The notes beneath the pieces are model-generated. The model was not told the DNA's origin, made no database searches, and saw nothing but the letters and a program-made list of their open reading frames with translations. Below are positions 1 through 10,519 of a stretch of 64,000 bases of DNA, one piece after another (the stretch's first letter is position 1; each line of letters starts with the position of its first letter). Source of the DNA: Microcoleus sp. (GTDB lineage Bacteria > Cyanobacteriota > Cyanobacteriia > Cyanobacteriales > Microcoleaceae); the NCBI GenBank assembly GCA_042408215.1, contig JAYFMW010000026.1, positions 96,001 through 160,000 on the forward strand, in the 5' to 3' direction. The position numbers were made by a program, and so were the translations under genes.

Positions 1-7
1 AGCAATT

Positions 8-707
8 GCCGCAAAATACCTAAAACCCTATCAGGGATTGAAACGTAGTTAACTTTTCGATGGATTGGGCAATGAGAGGCGCCGCAAAATACCTAAAACC
101 CTATCAGGGATTGAAACTTTCTCTCTAAATTGAATTGCTATTTGTGAATTTTTGCGCCGCAAAATACCTAAAACCCTATCAGGGATTGAAACGCCGAACT
201 CCCTGGCAAGGCTTACGGAGGTGGCACAGCCGCAAAATACCTAAAACCCTATCAGGGATTGAAACATTGCCGGAGCTAAACACGACGCATCAATTCAATT
301 ATTAAGCCGCAAAATACCTAAAACCCGATCAGGGATTGAAACATTGCCATCGATCCACACGCAGGATTTAATTCTTGCCGCAAAATACCTAAAACCCTAT
401 CAGGGATTGAAACCGATTAGTTCAAGGTGACACGCAATTAATACTTGAGCCGCAAAATACCTAAAACCCGATCGGGGATTGAAACAGGGATTCACGCTTT
501 GTTGATAACAACACGACAGCCGCACGCCGCAAAATACCTAAAACCCTATCAGGGATTGAAACAAGCTTTTGCGGTATAGGTGCAATCATATTAAATAATG
601 GCCGCAAAATACCTAAAACCCTATCAGGGATTGAAACTTGATGGAGTTTTTATCTCTCTAAGTTTTAACTGCCGCAAAATACCTAAAACCCTATCAGGGA
701 TTGAAAC
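8..707 (+). CRISPR. CRISPR array, distal part (continues upstream of the window); 37-bp repeat, probably type I-D-like
   Basis: Repeat GCCGCAAAATACCTAAAACCCTATCAGGGATTGAAAC starts at 8, 81, 156, 229, 306, 377, 449, 526, 601 and 671, with 9 unique 33-40 bp spacers. It has a CCCT-ATC-AGGG hairpin and a 3' ATTGAAAC handle. The subtype is inferred from the repeat only. Confidence 0.97.
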
Positions 708-710
708 AAG

Positions 711-1180
711 TACATTGATTTACTGTAGCTACACGCTTGGGATTTTACCACACCCGTCGAAGAAGTCATGGGCGCTTTTGACCATTTAGTACGCGCCGGC
801 AAAGTTTTCTACATCAGCATTTCCGATACACCAGCTTGGATTATTTCTCCAGCAAATACGATCGCCCATTTACGCGACAGGACACAATTTATCGGATTAC
901 AAATAGAATACAACTATAGCAACCGCCAAGGCTGTTAAGGCGCTGGAGTCATTGCTCCCTTCGACTCCGCTCAGGGAGCAATGACTCCAGCGCCTTGGCG
1001 ACTGCTATACAAGAAAATCTCCCTTGTTTGGACTTTGAATTAACCCCGGAACAAATGCAGAAATTAGACGCATTAAGTGCGATTTAATTGGGTTTTACCC
1101 ACGATTTTTGCAAAAGTTCGATGGTACAAGATTTTGCCTTCGGAGGGGGAATAGCCAAAATTTACAATCGCCGACTTTGA
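711..1180 (+). pseudogene. Aldo/keto reductase remnant
   Basis: 711-915 translates YIDLL*LHAWDFTTPVEEVMGAFDHLVRAGKVFYISISDTPAWIIS...FIGLQIEYNY. ~1010-1150 gives QENLPCLDFELTPEQMQKLDALSAI*LGFTHDF...FAFGG. In-frame stops are present and the middle is replaced by a palindromic element. Confidence 0.85.
915..1009. mobile_element. Palindromic MITE-like element
   Basis: Ends TATAGCAACCGCCAAG / CTTGGCGACTGCTATA (14/16 inverted match). Perfect internal 24-bp inverted repeat at 937-960 / 973-996. Confidence 0.75.
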
Positions 1181-1201
1181 AATCACTTTTTTAGATATCG
1201 G

Positions 1202-1449
1202 GTAGGGACACTCCAAGAGCCCATTGGTGTCAACTTAAGGTAAAACCCAGTCATAGAATGGTGTTTGACTATTAAGGCCTGATCCCCCCTAGCCCCCCTT
1301 AAGAAGGGGGGGACAAGAGTCTTCTCAAAGTCACCCCCTACTCCCCTTCTTAAGGGGGATTTAGGGGGATCTAGACTATGGTAAAAACGAGATTTATCAA
1401 GGCTTTTAGGCTTAAGTTGACACCAATAGGCACGCTTGAGTGTCCCTAC
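1202..1449. mobile_element. MITE nested in a GTAG-type REP (copy 1)
   Basis: 17-bp perfect inverted repeat ATTGGTGTCAACTTAAG (1223-1239) / CTTAAGTTGACACCAAT (1411-1427) inside GTAGGGACAC...GTGTCCCTAC. An inverted homologue lies at 37148-37418. Confidence 0.8.
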
Positions 1450-2079
1450 TTTTTTAGCCGTGTCCCTACTTTTTTAGGGACGCTTTTTTAGTAATATTTT
1501 CCGACACTTAAATCAACGCGGATTTAAAAGTTTGATGGCTGATTTGTAAATCTTTGTGAAGTCAGAAAGACCTGTGATATAATTTAGTATAATCCGATAC
1601 AAGAATTGGCGATCGGCGATCGCGCGAGTTGAGAAAAAACACCGTAGATCCAATCAAAGGGTAACAAAAAGTAGAGCTCAACTTGTCTTTACTTGGCCAA
1701 ATACAGCGAGAAAAGGCGATCGCCATTACCGCAGTAATCGCCTGTTAAGAGCCACTAGACAAGCTCCATCGGCATTTTAAGCTGATTTTAACCCCACTAC
1801 AAGCTGCGATCGAGATCGAAGTCATCCTTAAGATAGAAGTAATAGCAGAAGAACTAAGTTATATTGATCGACAATAGCAAGTTTAATAATATCAACTTAT
1901 CTCAAACTTTCATTTCCGAAAAAAAAGCAGATCGGCGTGTTTTTCCGCAGGTAAGCAGTTGCTTGCGAAAACTGAATGTGGCGCTTGCTGGGTCAGAAAA
2001 ATTCTCAGATAGATGCTGGAATTTTTCTGCAACACACTGCTGAAAACTAGATCGTCTTGACAAATTTACGAGGCTAATT

Positions 2080-3390
2080 ATGTCCCCCTTAGAAAACTCA
2101 GTCAACAATAATTATAGCAATAACGGTGCTGGATGGGAGATCCGATTTACCTCAATAGATACAGCGCGATCGCCCTCTCAACTAGCCCCGACACCCAAAT
2201 CGCGCGCCAACTTATCAAACGAGTCTTCTTTAGATACACCCGATCTCGTTTGTCTGTCACATTTGCGCTGGAATTTCGTCTACCAGCGACCCCAACACCT
2301 CCTGAGTCGCTGCGCCAAAAACCGCCGCGTATTCTTTGTTGAAGAACCGATTTTTAGTCCTGGTACTGATTGGCGGCTTGATGTCAGCATCCACGCCAGC
2401 GGAGTTTGGGTAATAGTACCGCACCTCAGCGAAGAAATCAGCGAAGAAACAGCACAAAAAATTCAGCAAGAAATGCTGAATGACTTGTTTCAAGCAGCAG
2501 AAATTCAGCAGTACATCCTGTGGTATTACACCCCAATGGCTGTCGGTTTTACCAACCACTTAAAGCCGCTAGCCGTAGTCTACGACTGCATGGACGAACT
2601 GTCAGCATTCCAAGGTGCTCACCCCGCTTTAAAAGCTAACGAAAGTCAACTGTTAAAGCGCGCCAACGTAGTATTTACTGGCGGACACAGCCTTTACGAA
2701 GCCAAACAGCATCAGCACCCAAATATTCATGCTTTCCCCAGCAGCATCGAAAAAGAACACTTTGCTACAGCCAAGTATTTTGTAGAAGAACCGGCAGATC
2801 AAAAAGATATTCCTCACCCGCGTTTGGGATTTTTTGGTGTCATAGACGAACGCATGGATATCGAACTGCTGCGCGGCATTGCTGAAGCGAAACCGGATTG
2901 GCATTTAGTCATTATTGGCCCTGTCGTCAAGATCGATCGGGCAATTCTGCCTACTAACCCAAACATTCATTATCTCGGCGGTAAATCATATCAACAACTG
3001 CCTGAATATCTGGCCGGGTGGGATATAGCAATGCTGCCCTTTGCGATTAACGAATCGACTAAATTCATTAGTCCCACCAAAACTCCCGAATACCTGGCCG
3101 CCGGCAAACCAGTCATTTCTACTCCGATCCGCGACGTGGTTCGGCCCTACGGAGAAAAAGGCTTAGTTCGGATTGCTAGCAATGCGTCAGAATTCGTCGC
3201 CTGCGCTGAAGAAATTATGAATGAAAGTGCAGATAGCACAAATTGGCTGGACGAAGTTGATGCCTTTTTAGCAGATAACTCTTGGGACAAAACCTGGGGG
3301 GAAATGCTGGGGCTCATCGAAAGTGCGATCGCAGAAAGAAGTCAACAGTCAGCAGTCAGTAGTCAGCAGTCAGTAGTCAGCAGTCAGTAG
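2080..3390 (+). CDS. GT-B glycosyltransferase of the type found next to glf
   Basis: LSHLRWNFVYQRPQHLL, VYDCMDEL, GFFGVIDER and ISPTKTPEYLAAGKPV motifs. The C-terminus runs into a heptamer repeat. Confidence 0.88.
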   Translation: MSPLENSVNNNYSNNGAGWEIRFTSIDTARSPSQLAPTPKSRANLSNESSLDTPDLVCLSHLRWNFVYQRPQHLLSRCAKNRRVFFVEEPIFSPGTDWRLDVSIHASGVWVIVPHLSEEISEETAQKIQQEMLNDLFQAAEIQQYILWYYTPMAVGFTNHLKPLAVVYDCMDELSAFQGAHPALKANESQLLKRANVVFTGGHSLYEAKQHQHPNIHAFPSSIEKEHFATAKYFVEEPADQKDIPHPRLGFFGVIDERMDIELLRGIAEAKPDWHLVIIGPVVKIDRAILPTNPNIHYLGGKSYQQLPEYLAGWDIAMLPFAINESTKFISPTKTPEYLAAGKPVISTPIRDVVRPYGEKGLVRIASNASEFVACAEEIMNESADSTNWLDEVDAFLADNSWDKTWGEMLGLIESAIAERSQQSAVSSQQSVVSSQ

Positions 3391-3744
3391 TCAGTAGTCA
3401 GTAGTCAGTAGTCAGTAGTCAGTAGTCAGCAGTCAGTAGTCAGCAGTCAGTAGTCAGCAGTCAGTAGTCAGTAGTCAGTAGTCAGTAGTCAGTAGTCAGT
3501 AGTCAGTAGTCAGTAGTCAGTAGTCAGTAGTCAGTAGTCAACAGTCAGAAGTCAGAAGTCAGAGGGAAGAAGTCAGAGGGAAGAAGTCAGAGGTCAGAAA
3601 AACAATTGAACTTTTTAAGTTACCAATGCCCCATTCCCAATTCCCCATTCCCAATGCCCAATGCTCTTCGGCCCAATGCCCCATTCCCAATGCCCCATTC
3701 CCAATGCCCAATGCCCAATTCCCCATTCCCAATTCCCAATTCCC
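3340..3744. repeat. Heptamer tandem repeats (CAGTAGT-type, then CCCAATT/CCCCATT-type)
   Basis: Directly visible tandem arrays. Confidence 0.95.
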
Positions 3745-3756
3745 AGAGGTATTTTA

Positions 3757-4974
3757 ATGTTTGATTACTTAATTGTCGGAGCCGGATTTGCAGGTAGCGT
3801 CATTGCCGAACGGCTAGCAACTCAAGCCGGAAAAAAAGTATTGATAATTGACACCCGCAATCACATCGGCGGCAACGCCTACGATCACTACGATAACCAC
3901 GGCATCCTGGTACACAAATACGGGCCCCACATTTTTCATACCAATTCCCGCCCAGTTTTCCAGTACCTTTCGCGGTTCACCGATTGGCGGCCCTACGAAC
4001 ACCGCGTCTTGGCCAGCGTGGACGGTCAACTATTACCAATTCCCATCAACCTCAACACCGTAAATAAACTTTACGGACTCAATCTTACATCATTTGAAGT
4101 CGCAGATTTTTTTGCTAAATTAGCAGAACCAATGGAGTATATTCGCACTTCGGAAGATGTTGTCGTCAGCAAAGTGGGTCGCGAACTTTACGAGAAATTT
4201 TTCCATAATTACACTCGCAAACAGTGGGGAATAGACCCGTCGCAACTCGATAAATCAGTGATTGCGCGCGTGCCAACTAGAATTAATCGGGACGATCGGT
4301 ATTTCACAGATACCTATCAAGCAATGCCGCTGCACGGCTACACTCGGATGTTTGAAAAAATGCTGGCTCATCCAAACATTAAGGTGATGCTGAATACAGA
4401 CTACCGCGAGATTGAGGATATTATTCCTTACGGGGAAATGATTTACACCGGGCCGGTTGATTCCTATTTCAATTATTGCTACGGCAAACTTCCTTACCGT
4501 TCTTTGGAATTCAAGCATGAAACGCTCAACGTACCCGTACACCAAGTAGCACCGGTGGTAAATTACCCCAACGAGCATTTATATACTCGCTGCACGGAGT
4601 TTAAATATCTCACCGGACAAGAGCACCTAAAAACTAGCATTGTCTACGAATATCCTCAAGCTGAGGGAGACCCTTACTACCCTGTTCCGCGACCGGAAAA
4701 TGCCGAAATTTACAAGAAATATAAGGCTTTAGCTGACGCAACTCCGGGAGTTTCTTTTGTAGGGAGGCTGGCAACTTACAGGTATTACAACATGGATCAA
4801 GTTGTAGCTCAAGCCTTGACAACTTACACTCAAATTATTACCAAGCCGGTGATTGAATTGGCGGGGCATCTTAACGGTTCCGCCTCGAATTTAAGCTTGA
4901 ATGGAGTTGCCGCAGCCACAGCACCTCTAGAAGTCGCTGTTGCTAACGGCAATGGCAAATCTGTTAGCCATTAG
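3757..4974 (+). CDS. glf: UDP-galactopyranose mutase
   Basis: [16 protein letters not shown] site, [16 protein letters not shown] and [13 protein letters not shown]. True start 3757 follows AGAGG; the upstream ORF extension is repeat-derived. Confidence 0.96.
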   Translation: MFDYLIVGAGFAGSVIAERLATQAGKKVLIIDTRNHIGGNAYDHYDNHGILVHKYGPHIFHTNSRPVFQYLSRFTDWRPYEHRVLASVDGQLLPIPINLNTVNKLYGLNLTSFEVADFFAKLAEPMEYIRTSEDVVVSKVGRELYEKFFHNYTRKQWGIDPSQLDKSVIARVPTRINRDDRYFTDTYQAMPLHGYTRMFEKMLAHPNIKVMLNTDYREIEDIIPYGEMIYTGPVDSYFNYCYGKLPYRSLEFKHETLNVPVHQVAPVVNYPNEHLYTRCTEFKYLTGQEHLKTSIVYEYPQAEGDPYYPVPRPENAEIYKKYKALADATPGVSFVGRLATYRYYNMDQVVAQALTTYTQIITKPVIELAGHLNGSASNLSLNGVAAATAPLEVAVANGNGKSVSH

Positions 4975-5092
4975 CTTAGCTGGCAGGATTTTGTAAGAGC
5001 TGGTCAAAAAGTAGGGTGTGCGAAAGCGCACCTTACTGCGATCTCCTTTCATCCCACTTACAAAAAACAATCTAATAAGTATCGAGGTAAAA

Positions 5093-5479
5093 ATGAGCGC
5101 GATCGTGAAAATTGTTTTGTCTGGTGAAGTTTTGGAAAGTTCTCAATTTTTGCAATTTCACAAAGAAATAGAGCGCCTGATAGAAAACGGTGGCAAAATT
5201 CTGATGCTCGATTTCTCAAAGATCAATTCTCTGAAAAATTCCGAGTTGATGGCTGTAGTGGCGATCGTGAAATTAGTGAGAGATAGCGATTGCATTCTTT
5301 TGATATCTTCTATGAGCGAACAAGTTAGAATGCTATTTGAACTCACGGGACTCGAACAAATATTTCAGTGTTTGTCGGCTCCTGAAGAAGTCGCTCTCAA
5401 AACAGAAATAATCGATCCGTTAGGAGGTCTGCCAAGATACTCGGCGATTGAAATCGCTACTACACAAACGAGAGATTGA
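5093..5479 (+). CDS. STAS-domain anti-sigma-factor antagonist-like protein
   Basis: LMLDFSKINSLKNSELMAVV and QVRMLFELTGLEQIF; GAGG RBS before ATG 5093. Confidence 0.8.
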   Translation: MSAIVKIVLSGEVLESSQFLQFHKEIERLIENGGKILMLDFSKINSLKNSELMAVVAIVKLVRDSDCILLISSMSEQVRMLFELTGLEQIFQCLSAPEEVALKTEIIDPLGGLPRYSAIEIATTQTRD

Positions 5480-5763
5480 GGGTTTTCAATAGGGATTTAG
5501 TGTAGTTTTTCCGATCGGATCATGTCCGGCAAATCACTTACTATAAACGCTTATTTGTCATTCTTCGCTTCTCTCAGAATGACAACTACTCAAGGGGACT
5601 TGATATCATTTGTCCGCTGAAGGCTCAGTCTGTTTGACTTAAATCTCAGGCTGTTTGAAGTGAAAAGTTTTGATTTTTTAGCGGAAAATTAACTCGCTAA
5701 AAACTTGTCAAAGTCGGGACAATTGTCGCTAACCTATAAATATAACTTAGGGTAGATGTCTGG

Positions 5764-7644
5764 ATGAGTTGGTTAGGTAGAGAACTAGAAAATTGCGAGA
5801 TAGAAGAGTCTGCAACTCTTGATAGCAAGGTGACTATTAGAGGGCGAAAAACTGGTTATCCGCGCCCCCAATTGCGCCGGAGTAACTGGATTTGTCTCAA
5901 CGGTCAGTGGAGGTTTGCTTATGACGATGGGGGACGCTGTGTGCAGCCGATCGACATTACCGAGTGGACTCACACCATCGAAGTCCCCTTTGCTCCAGAA
6001 TCGGTCAAAAGTGGCATCGGCGACACGAGTTTTCACGCTAACTGCTGGTACGATCGCGAATTTGACCTGCCGCACACAGAAAGCAGAGTGCTCCTGCACT
6101 TCGGGGCCGTAGACTACCGCGCCCGCGTCTGGGTGAACGGTCAGTTTGTCATGGAACACGAAGGCGGTCACACTCCTTTCAGCGCCGACATTACAGCAGT
6201 TTTAAACTTACTAGGGCCGCAGCGGGTGACAGTCTGGGCCCAAGACGACCCCCAAGACTTGGCGAAACCCCGCGGCAAGCAAGATTGGCAGGTGGAACCC
6301 CACAGCATCTGGTACCCGCGCACGACTGGCATTTGGCAGACGGTATGGGTAGAATTGGTGCCTCATACTTATATCGATCGCATCCGGTGGACTCCGCAGT
6401 TCGAGCGCTGGGAAATCGGTTTTGAGGCGTTGGTCGCGGGCGATCGCCAATCGGGGATTCAAATTAAAGTTAAACTGTCGATCGGCTGCTTACTGCTAGT
6501 CAACGACACCTACGAAGTCATCAACAGCGAAATCCACCGGCGCATCGCCCTCTCAGACCCTGGTATCGACGACTACCGCAACGAATTGCTGTGGAGTCCC
6601 GAAAAACCGACATTAATCAACGCTCAAGTGCAGTTGTGGGCGGACGGCAAATTGCTCGACGAGGTAAAATCTTATACCGCCATGCGGACGGTCAGCATCC
6701 AGCGCGATCGCTTCATGCTAAACGGCCGCCCCTACTATTTGCGACTGGTACTCGACCAAGGTTACTGGCCAGACACCCTAATGACGGCCCCCTCCGACGA
6801 GGCCCTACGCTACGATGTCGAATTAGTCAAAGCAATGGGTTTCAACGGCGTCCGCAAACACCAGAAAATCGAAGACCCCCGCTTTTTGTACTGGGCTGAC
6901 TTGCTGGGGCTCTTAGTTTGGGAAGAAATGCCCAGCGCCTACCGCTTCACTCCCAAAGCCGTTGACCGGCTGACGCGGGAGTGGACGGAAGCGATCGATC
7001 GCGACTCCAGCCACCCCTGTATCGTAGTCTGGGTGCCGTTCAACGAATCCTGGGGAGTTCCGAATTTAGTCGAAGCGGCAGCCCACCGCCACTACGTGCG
7101 ATCGCTATATTTTTTGACAAAAACCTTAGACCCCACTCGCCCCGTAATTGGGAACGACGGCTGGGAAAGCACAGATACCGATATCCTCGCCATTCACGAC
7201 TACGACAACAACCCCACAACTCTGGCCAAACGTTACGGGCCCGAAGTCCAGCTAGCCGATTTGTTCGATCGCAGGCGTCCCGGCGGGCGGGTACTCACCC
7301 TCGACGGCCACCCCCACCAAGGACAGCCCGTGATGCTGACCGAATTCGGCGGCATCGCCTGCGCCGGCCGCGAAAACCCAGATTATCTCAGGGTTTGGGG
7401 CTACGTGCGGGCGTCCGACACCCAGGAATTGCAACAGCGCTACAGCGCGCTGCTGAAGGTGGTAAATCGAGTGGAAATGTTCAGCGGATTTTGCTACACG
7501 CAGTTGACCGATACTTTCCAAGAAGCTAACGGTTTGCTGTATGCCGATCGCACTCCCAAGTTTTCCATAAAGGCGATCGCGGCGGCAACTCTCGGTTGGG
7601 ATATTCCAGAAGAAAGTGTACAGCAAGCAATTACTCAGTGTTAA
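5764..7644 (+). CDS. Glycoside hydrolase family 2
   Basis: [42 protein letters not shown] and LTEFGG. Confidence 0.92.
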   Translation: MSWLGRELENCEIEESATLDSKVTIRGRKTGYPRPQLRRSNWICLNGQWRFAYDDGGRCVQPIDITEWTHTIEVPFAPESVKSGIGDTSFHANCWYDREFDLPHTESRVLLHFGAVDYRARVWVNGQFVMEHEGGHTPFSADITAVLNLLGPQRVTVWAQDDPQDLAKPRGKQDWQVEPHSIWYPRTTGIWQTVWVELVPHTYIDRIRWTPQFERWEIGFEALVAGDRQSGIQIKVKLSIGCLLLVNDTYEVINSEIHRRIALSDPGIDDYRNELLWSPEKPTLINAQVQLWADGKLLDEVKSYTAMRTVSIQRDRFMLNGRPYYLRLVLDQGYWPDTLMTAPSDEALRYDVELVKAMGFNGVRKHQKIEDPRFLYWADLLGLLVWEEMPSAYRFTPKAVDRLTREWTEAIDRDSSHPCIVVWVPFNESWGVPNLVEAAAHRHYVRSLYFLTKTLDPTRPVIGNDGWESTDTDILAIHDYDNNPTTLAKRYGPEVQLADLFDRRRPGGRVLTLDGHPHQGQPVMLTEFGGIACAGRENPDYLRVWGYVRASDTQELQQRYSALLKVVNRVEMFSGFCYTQLTDTFQEANGLLYADRTPKFSIKAIAAATLGWDIPEESVQQAITQC

Positions 7645-7868
7645 TGGGGAATTGGGAATTGGGAATTGGGAATTGGGAATTGGTAATTGGGAATTGGTAA
7701 TTGGTAATTGGGAATTGGTAATTGGTAATTGATAATTGCCCGCAGTTCCAAGTTATTGGATATAGCAAGTCTCAATCATTTATGAACCTCTTCCCCATTC
7801 CCCATTCCCCATTCCCCATTCCCCATTCCCCATTCCCCATTCCCCATTCCCCATTCCCCATTCCCCAT
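7644..7868. repeat. Heptamer tandem repeats (GGGAATT/GGTAATT, then TTCCCCA)
   Basis: Directly visible tandem arrays. Confidence 0.95.
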
Positions 7869-7880
7869 TACCTAGATATA

Positions 7881-8999
7881 ATGTTTCAAAGTTTTTTCAT
7901 GGGCGGATTTGAATGTTCAACCCACCGATTGCTTTCTGGAAAACGCCTCGATGTCACAGCCGCCACCGGCCACGATAAATTTGCAGTCGCCGACTACCAA
8001 CGCTTGCAACAGCAAGGCATTTACACAGTCCGCGAAGGCCTCCGCTGGCACTTAATTGAACAGTCGCCCCAAAAATACGATTTTTCCAGCGTCCTGCCAA
8101 TAATCCGCGCCGCCCGCGACATGAAAATGCAGGTAATTTGGGATTTGTTTCACTACGGCTGGCCCGACGATATTGATATTTTCAGTCCCGAATTTGTGCC
8201 AAGGTTTGCAAACATGGTGCGCGCTTTTATGGAAGTGCTGGCTAACGAAACCGACCAAACACCTTTCGTGACACCTGTCAATGAAATTTCATTTATTGCT
8301 TGGGCGGGCGGCGATGTTGCTTATATCAATCCTTTTGGAAAAGGGCGGGGAGACGAGCTGAAAATCCAGTTAATCAAAGCATCGATCGCCGCGATAGAAT
8401 CAGTTTGGGAAATCAATCCCCGCAGTCGCATCGTTCAAATCGACCCAGTAATTAACATTATTGCCGACCCGAAAAGACCGCAGGATCGAGACGAGGCGGA
8501 AGGTTATCGCTTATCTCAATATCAAGCTTGGGATATGTTGGCGGGACGTTTTCGCCCCGAACTCGGCGGCAAGGAAAAATATCTCGATATTATTGGGGTT
8601 AATTATTACGATCGCAATCAGTGGATTCACAATGAAGAACCGATGAAATACACCGATCCGCTGTACCGCCCATTTCGCGCCATCCTGCAAGAAGTTTTCG
8701 ATCGCTACGGCCGCCCCTTATTCATCGCAGAAACAGGCACTGAAGACGATTTTAGACCTGTCTGGTTGAATTATGTGTGCACGGAGGTAGCGGCGGCGAT
8801 TAAAGCCGGAGTTCCGGTGGATGGAGTCTGTTTGTATCCGATTGTCAATCATCCGGGTTGGGATGACGATCGCCACTGCTACAATGGTCTTTGGGATTAT
8901 TGCAATGAATTGGGCGATCGAGAAATTTACCAGCCTTTGGCGGATGAATTGCAGTTTCAAAGGCAGCAAATTGAACCGTTGATGAAGTTGCAGAATTGA
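7881..8999 (+). CDS. GH1-like beta-glucosidase
   Basis: MFQSFFMGGFECSTHR start, WDLFHYGWP, TPVNE acid/base, IGVNYY and IAETG nucleophile. Confidence 0.88.
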   Translation: MFQSFFMGGFECSTHRLLSGKRLDVTAATGHDKFAVADYQRLQQQGIYTVREGLRWHLIEQSPQKYDFSSVLPIIRAARDMKMQVIWDLFHYGWPDDIDIFSPEFVPRFANMVRAFMEVLANETDQTPFVTPVNEISFIAWAGGDVAYINPFGKGRGDELKIQLIKASIAAIESVWEINPRSRIVQIDPVINIIADPKRPQDRDEAEGYRLSQYQAWDMLAGRFRPELGGKEKYLDIIGVNYYDRNQWIHNEEPMKYTDPLYRPFRAILQEVFDRYGRPLFIAETGTEDDFRPVWLNYVCTEVAAAIKAGVPVDGVCLYPIVNHPGWDDDRHCYNGLWDYCNELGDREIYQPLADELQFQRQQIEPLMKLQN

Positions 9000-9314
9000 C
9001 AATAAGTTAGTTATCCCGTTTGTGAAGGAGGCGATTGAAAAATCGGCGATTGAAATCGCTTCTACACAAACGAAGTCCGCCTGCGCGGACTAAGAGATTG
9101 AGGGGTATTTAAGCCGGATTTGGGATTAGATCTAAAAGGGCGATCGATCTCCCCCTTTCCCCATACTTCCCGCCACCAAAATTGACTAATTTCTCGCTCA
9201 CTGCCAAACTCTAGGCGTAACCACACCCGTGCGAGTATTCCAAGCATGGGTGAGAAATTAATAAAAAACATGAACCAAATTTATCGCTGAAATATAGATA
9301 ATGACAGCGCCGAA

Positions 9315-9590
9315 TCACATATCCGTTTTCGCAAACTCTTCTTCTAAGGCATTTAATGCTTGTTGGACTGATAATCTTAGTTCAGCTTCATCAATATCAA
9401 ATTCAGGATCGAATAAATCAGAATCGCCACAATAAGCATCTACATCACCAAACAACTTGTCTAAAATTTGGAACTCCCTTTCTGAGTCGAAACGTTTTTC
9501 TTTTTTAAATATCTCCAAAAATCGGAACTCAAATTCATTGCTGCTGATTTTATTATTAACAAAATCTTTCAGCAATCTAATATATTTCAT
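9315..9590 (-). CDS. Colicin-D-type immunity protein
   Basis: Acidic helical 91-aa protein (F..NKIS..EF...F, LDKLFGDVDAYC, IDEAELR) directly downstream of a ColD-like toxin. Confidence 0.8.
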   Translation of the reverse strand: MKYIRLLKDFVNNKISSNEFEFRFLEIFKKEKRFDSEREFQILDKLFGDVDAYCGDSDLFDPEFDIDEAELRLSVQQALNALEEEFAKTDM

Positions 9591-9591
9591 A

Positions 9592-9695
9592 TATAGCAAT
9601 CCTAAATGATTTGCAAAATTATACGCGAGCAAAGATGCTCACACTGCAAGGATTCTGGTCTCGATCGATTTTGCGACTGATTTAGGATCGCTATA
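9592..9695. mobile_element. TA-flanked MITE
   Basis: Ends TATAGCAATCCTAAAT / ATTTAGGATCGCTATA (15/16 inverted match). Confidence 0.8.
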
Positions 9696-9759
9696 TATGA
9701 ATTTTTTACAATCTAGTATTTTTAGAAGGGCAGGAAAAAAGTTCCAGCCCTTTTTATTA

Positions 9760-10185
9760 TCAGCCTCCTCCAATATTACCAGTATCTATAATCGCCTTAA
9801 GTTGGTTTTCCTTCAATTTCCAACCACTGATAAAATATCCCTTATCATCAAAAAAGACATTTAAAGCTGTTTGCGGATCAAAATAATGAACTACTGGCAT
9901 TCTTCTGAAAGTTCCCCTCCTCACTTTCGTAGTGCTACTTTGTAAATGATTTTCTATAGCGATTTGAAATTTTGTTAAATTCTGTAAACTCCAACTTTCT
10001 TGAATACCAAAATCACTAGCGTGCTTAAATTTTTCTTGAAGTTGCTTATTTTGAAAATATATGCGTTTTTTTATACTTTGTTTTATGTGTTTTCTAGATT
10101 TTTTTCCAGATTTTGTTATACATTTTTTTCCAGATTTTATTATTTTAGATTTTTTGGGAGTAGATTTTTTTCTAAAGTTCATCAT
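9760..10185 (-). CDS. Colicin-D-like tRNase toxin domain with Lys-rich N-terminus
   Basis: KQLQEKFKHASDFG...KFQIAIENHL...GTFRR...YFDPQT...GYFISGWKL parallels the colicin D C-terminal domain, with the catalytic His retained. Confidence 0.88.
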   Translation of the reverse strand: MMNFRKKSTPKKSKIIKSGKKCITKSGKKSRKHIKQSIKKRIYFQNKQLQEKFKHASDFGIQESWSLQNLTKFQIAIENHLQSSTTKVRRGTFRRMPVVHYFDPQTALNVFFDDKGYFISGWKLKENQLKAIIDTGNIGGG

Positions 10186-10403
10186 TCTAGAGAGTAACTA
10201 TTTTTTACACAAACAAAATACTGATAGTATTCTTGTAAAAAATTTGCTCTGTAGTCTTGTGTAGTCCTGTGGCAGTTTTCAGGCTTGCGGGCCATCGGAA
10301 TAGTCTCCGGCGTCTGCGGCATCAGCAGTTTGCCCTCTGTATCCAGAGCGTGTTATTCAATTGTCTTCTATTAAGTTTAGCATACGAAAACTACCTTGTC
10401 AAT

Positions 10404-10441
10404 TCAAGCTATATGGCTCGTGGTAGAGTCATATAGCTTGA
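10404..10441. terminator. 16-bp inverted repeat downstream of the 481-aa gene
   Basis: TCAAGCTATATGGCTC / GAGTCATATAGCTTGA (15/16). There is no clear U-tract, so its role is uncertain. Confidence 0.4.
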
Positions 10442-10519
10442 CTAGGTGACCATCAAGAAAAAAAGCTTGCTAAACAAAGGTTTTAAGGGTATTTAGGCTT
10501 TTTATCATGTAATCGAGGA

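Noticed and set aside
45..670. Self-targeting CRISPR spacers within the window
   Set aside because: No match noticed by eye; an alignment is needed to exclude it.
598..789. 63-aa ORF
   Set aside because: It is a translation of CRISPR repeats and spacers.
3661..3756. PIPHSQ-like N-terminal extensions of glf (and of the GH gene at 7722-7880)
   Set aside because: They derive from heptamer repeats; the conserved starts lie downstream.
9062..9271. 69-aa minus-strand ORF after the immunity gene
   Set aside because: No recognisable family, and it ends in a repeat; possibly a gene remnant.
10268..10350. Minus-strand GGCAAAC...GACGC...CTGCC resembling a c-di-GMP-I riboswitch upstream of the toxin
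   Set aside because: It lacks the GAAA tetraloop and GACGCAAAG core and I cannot build convincing stems; Infernal would be needed.
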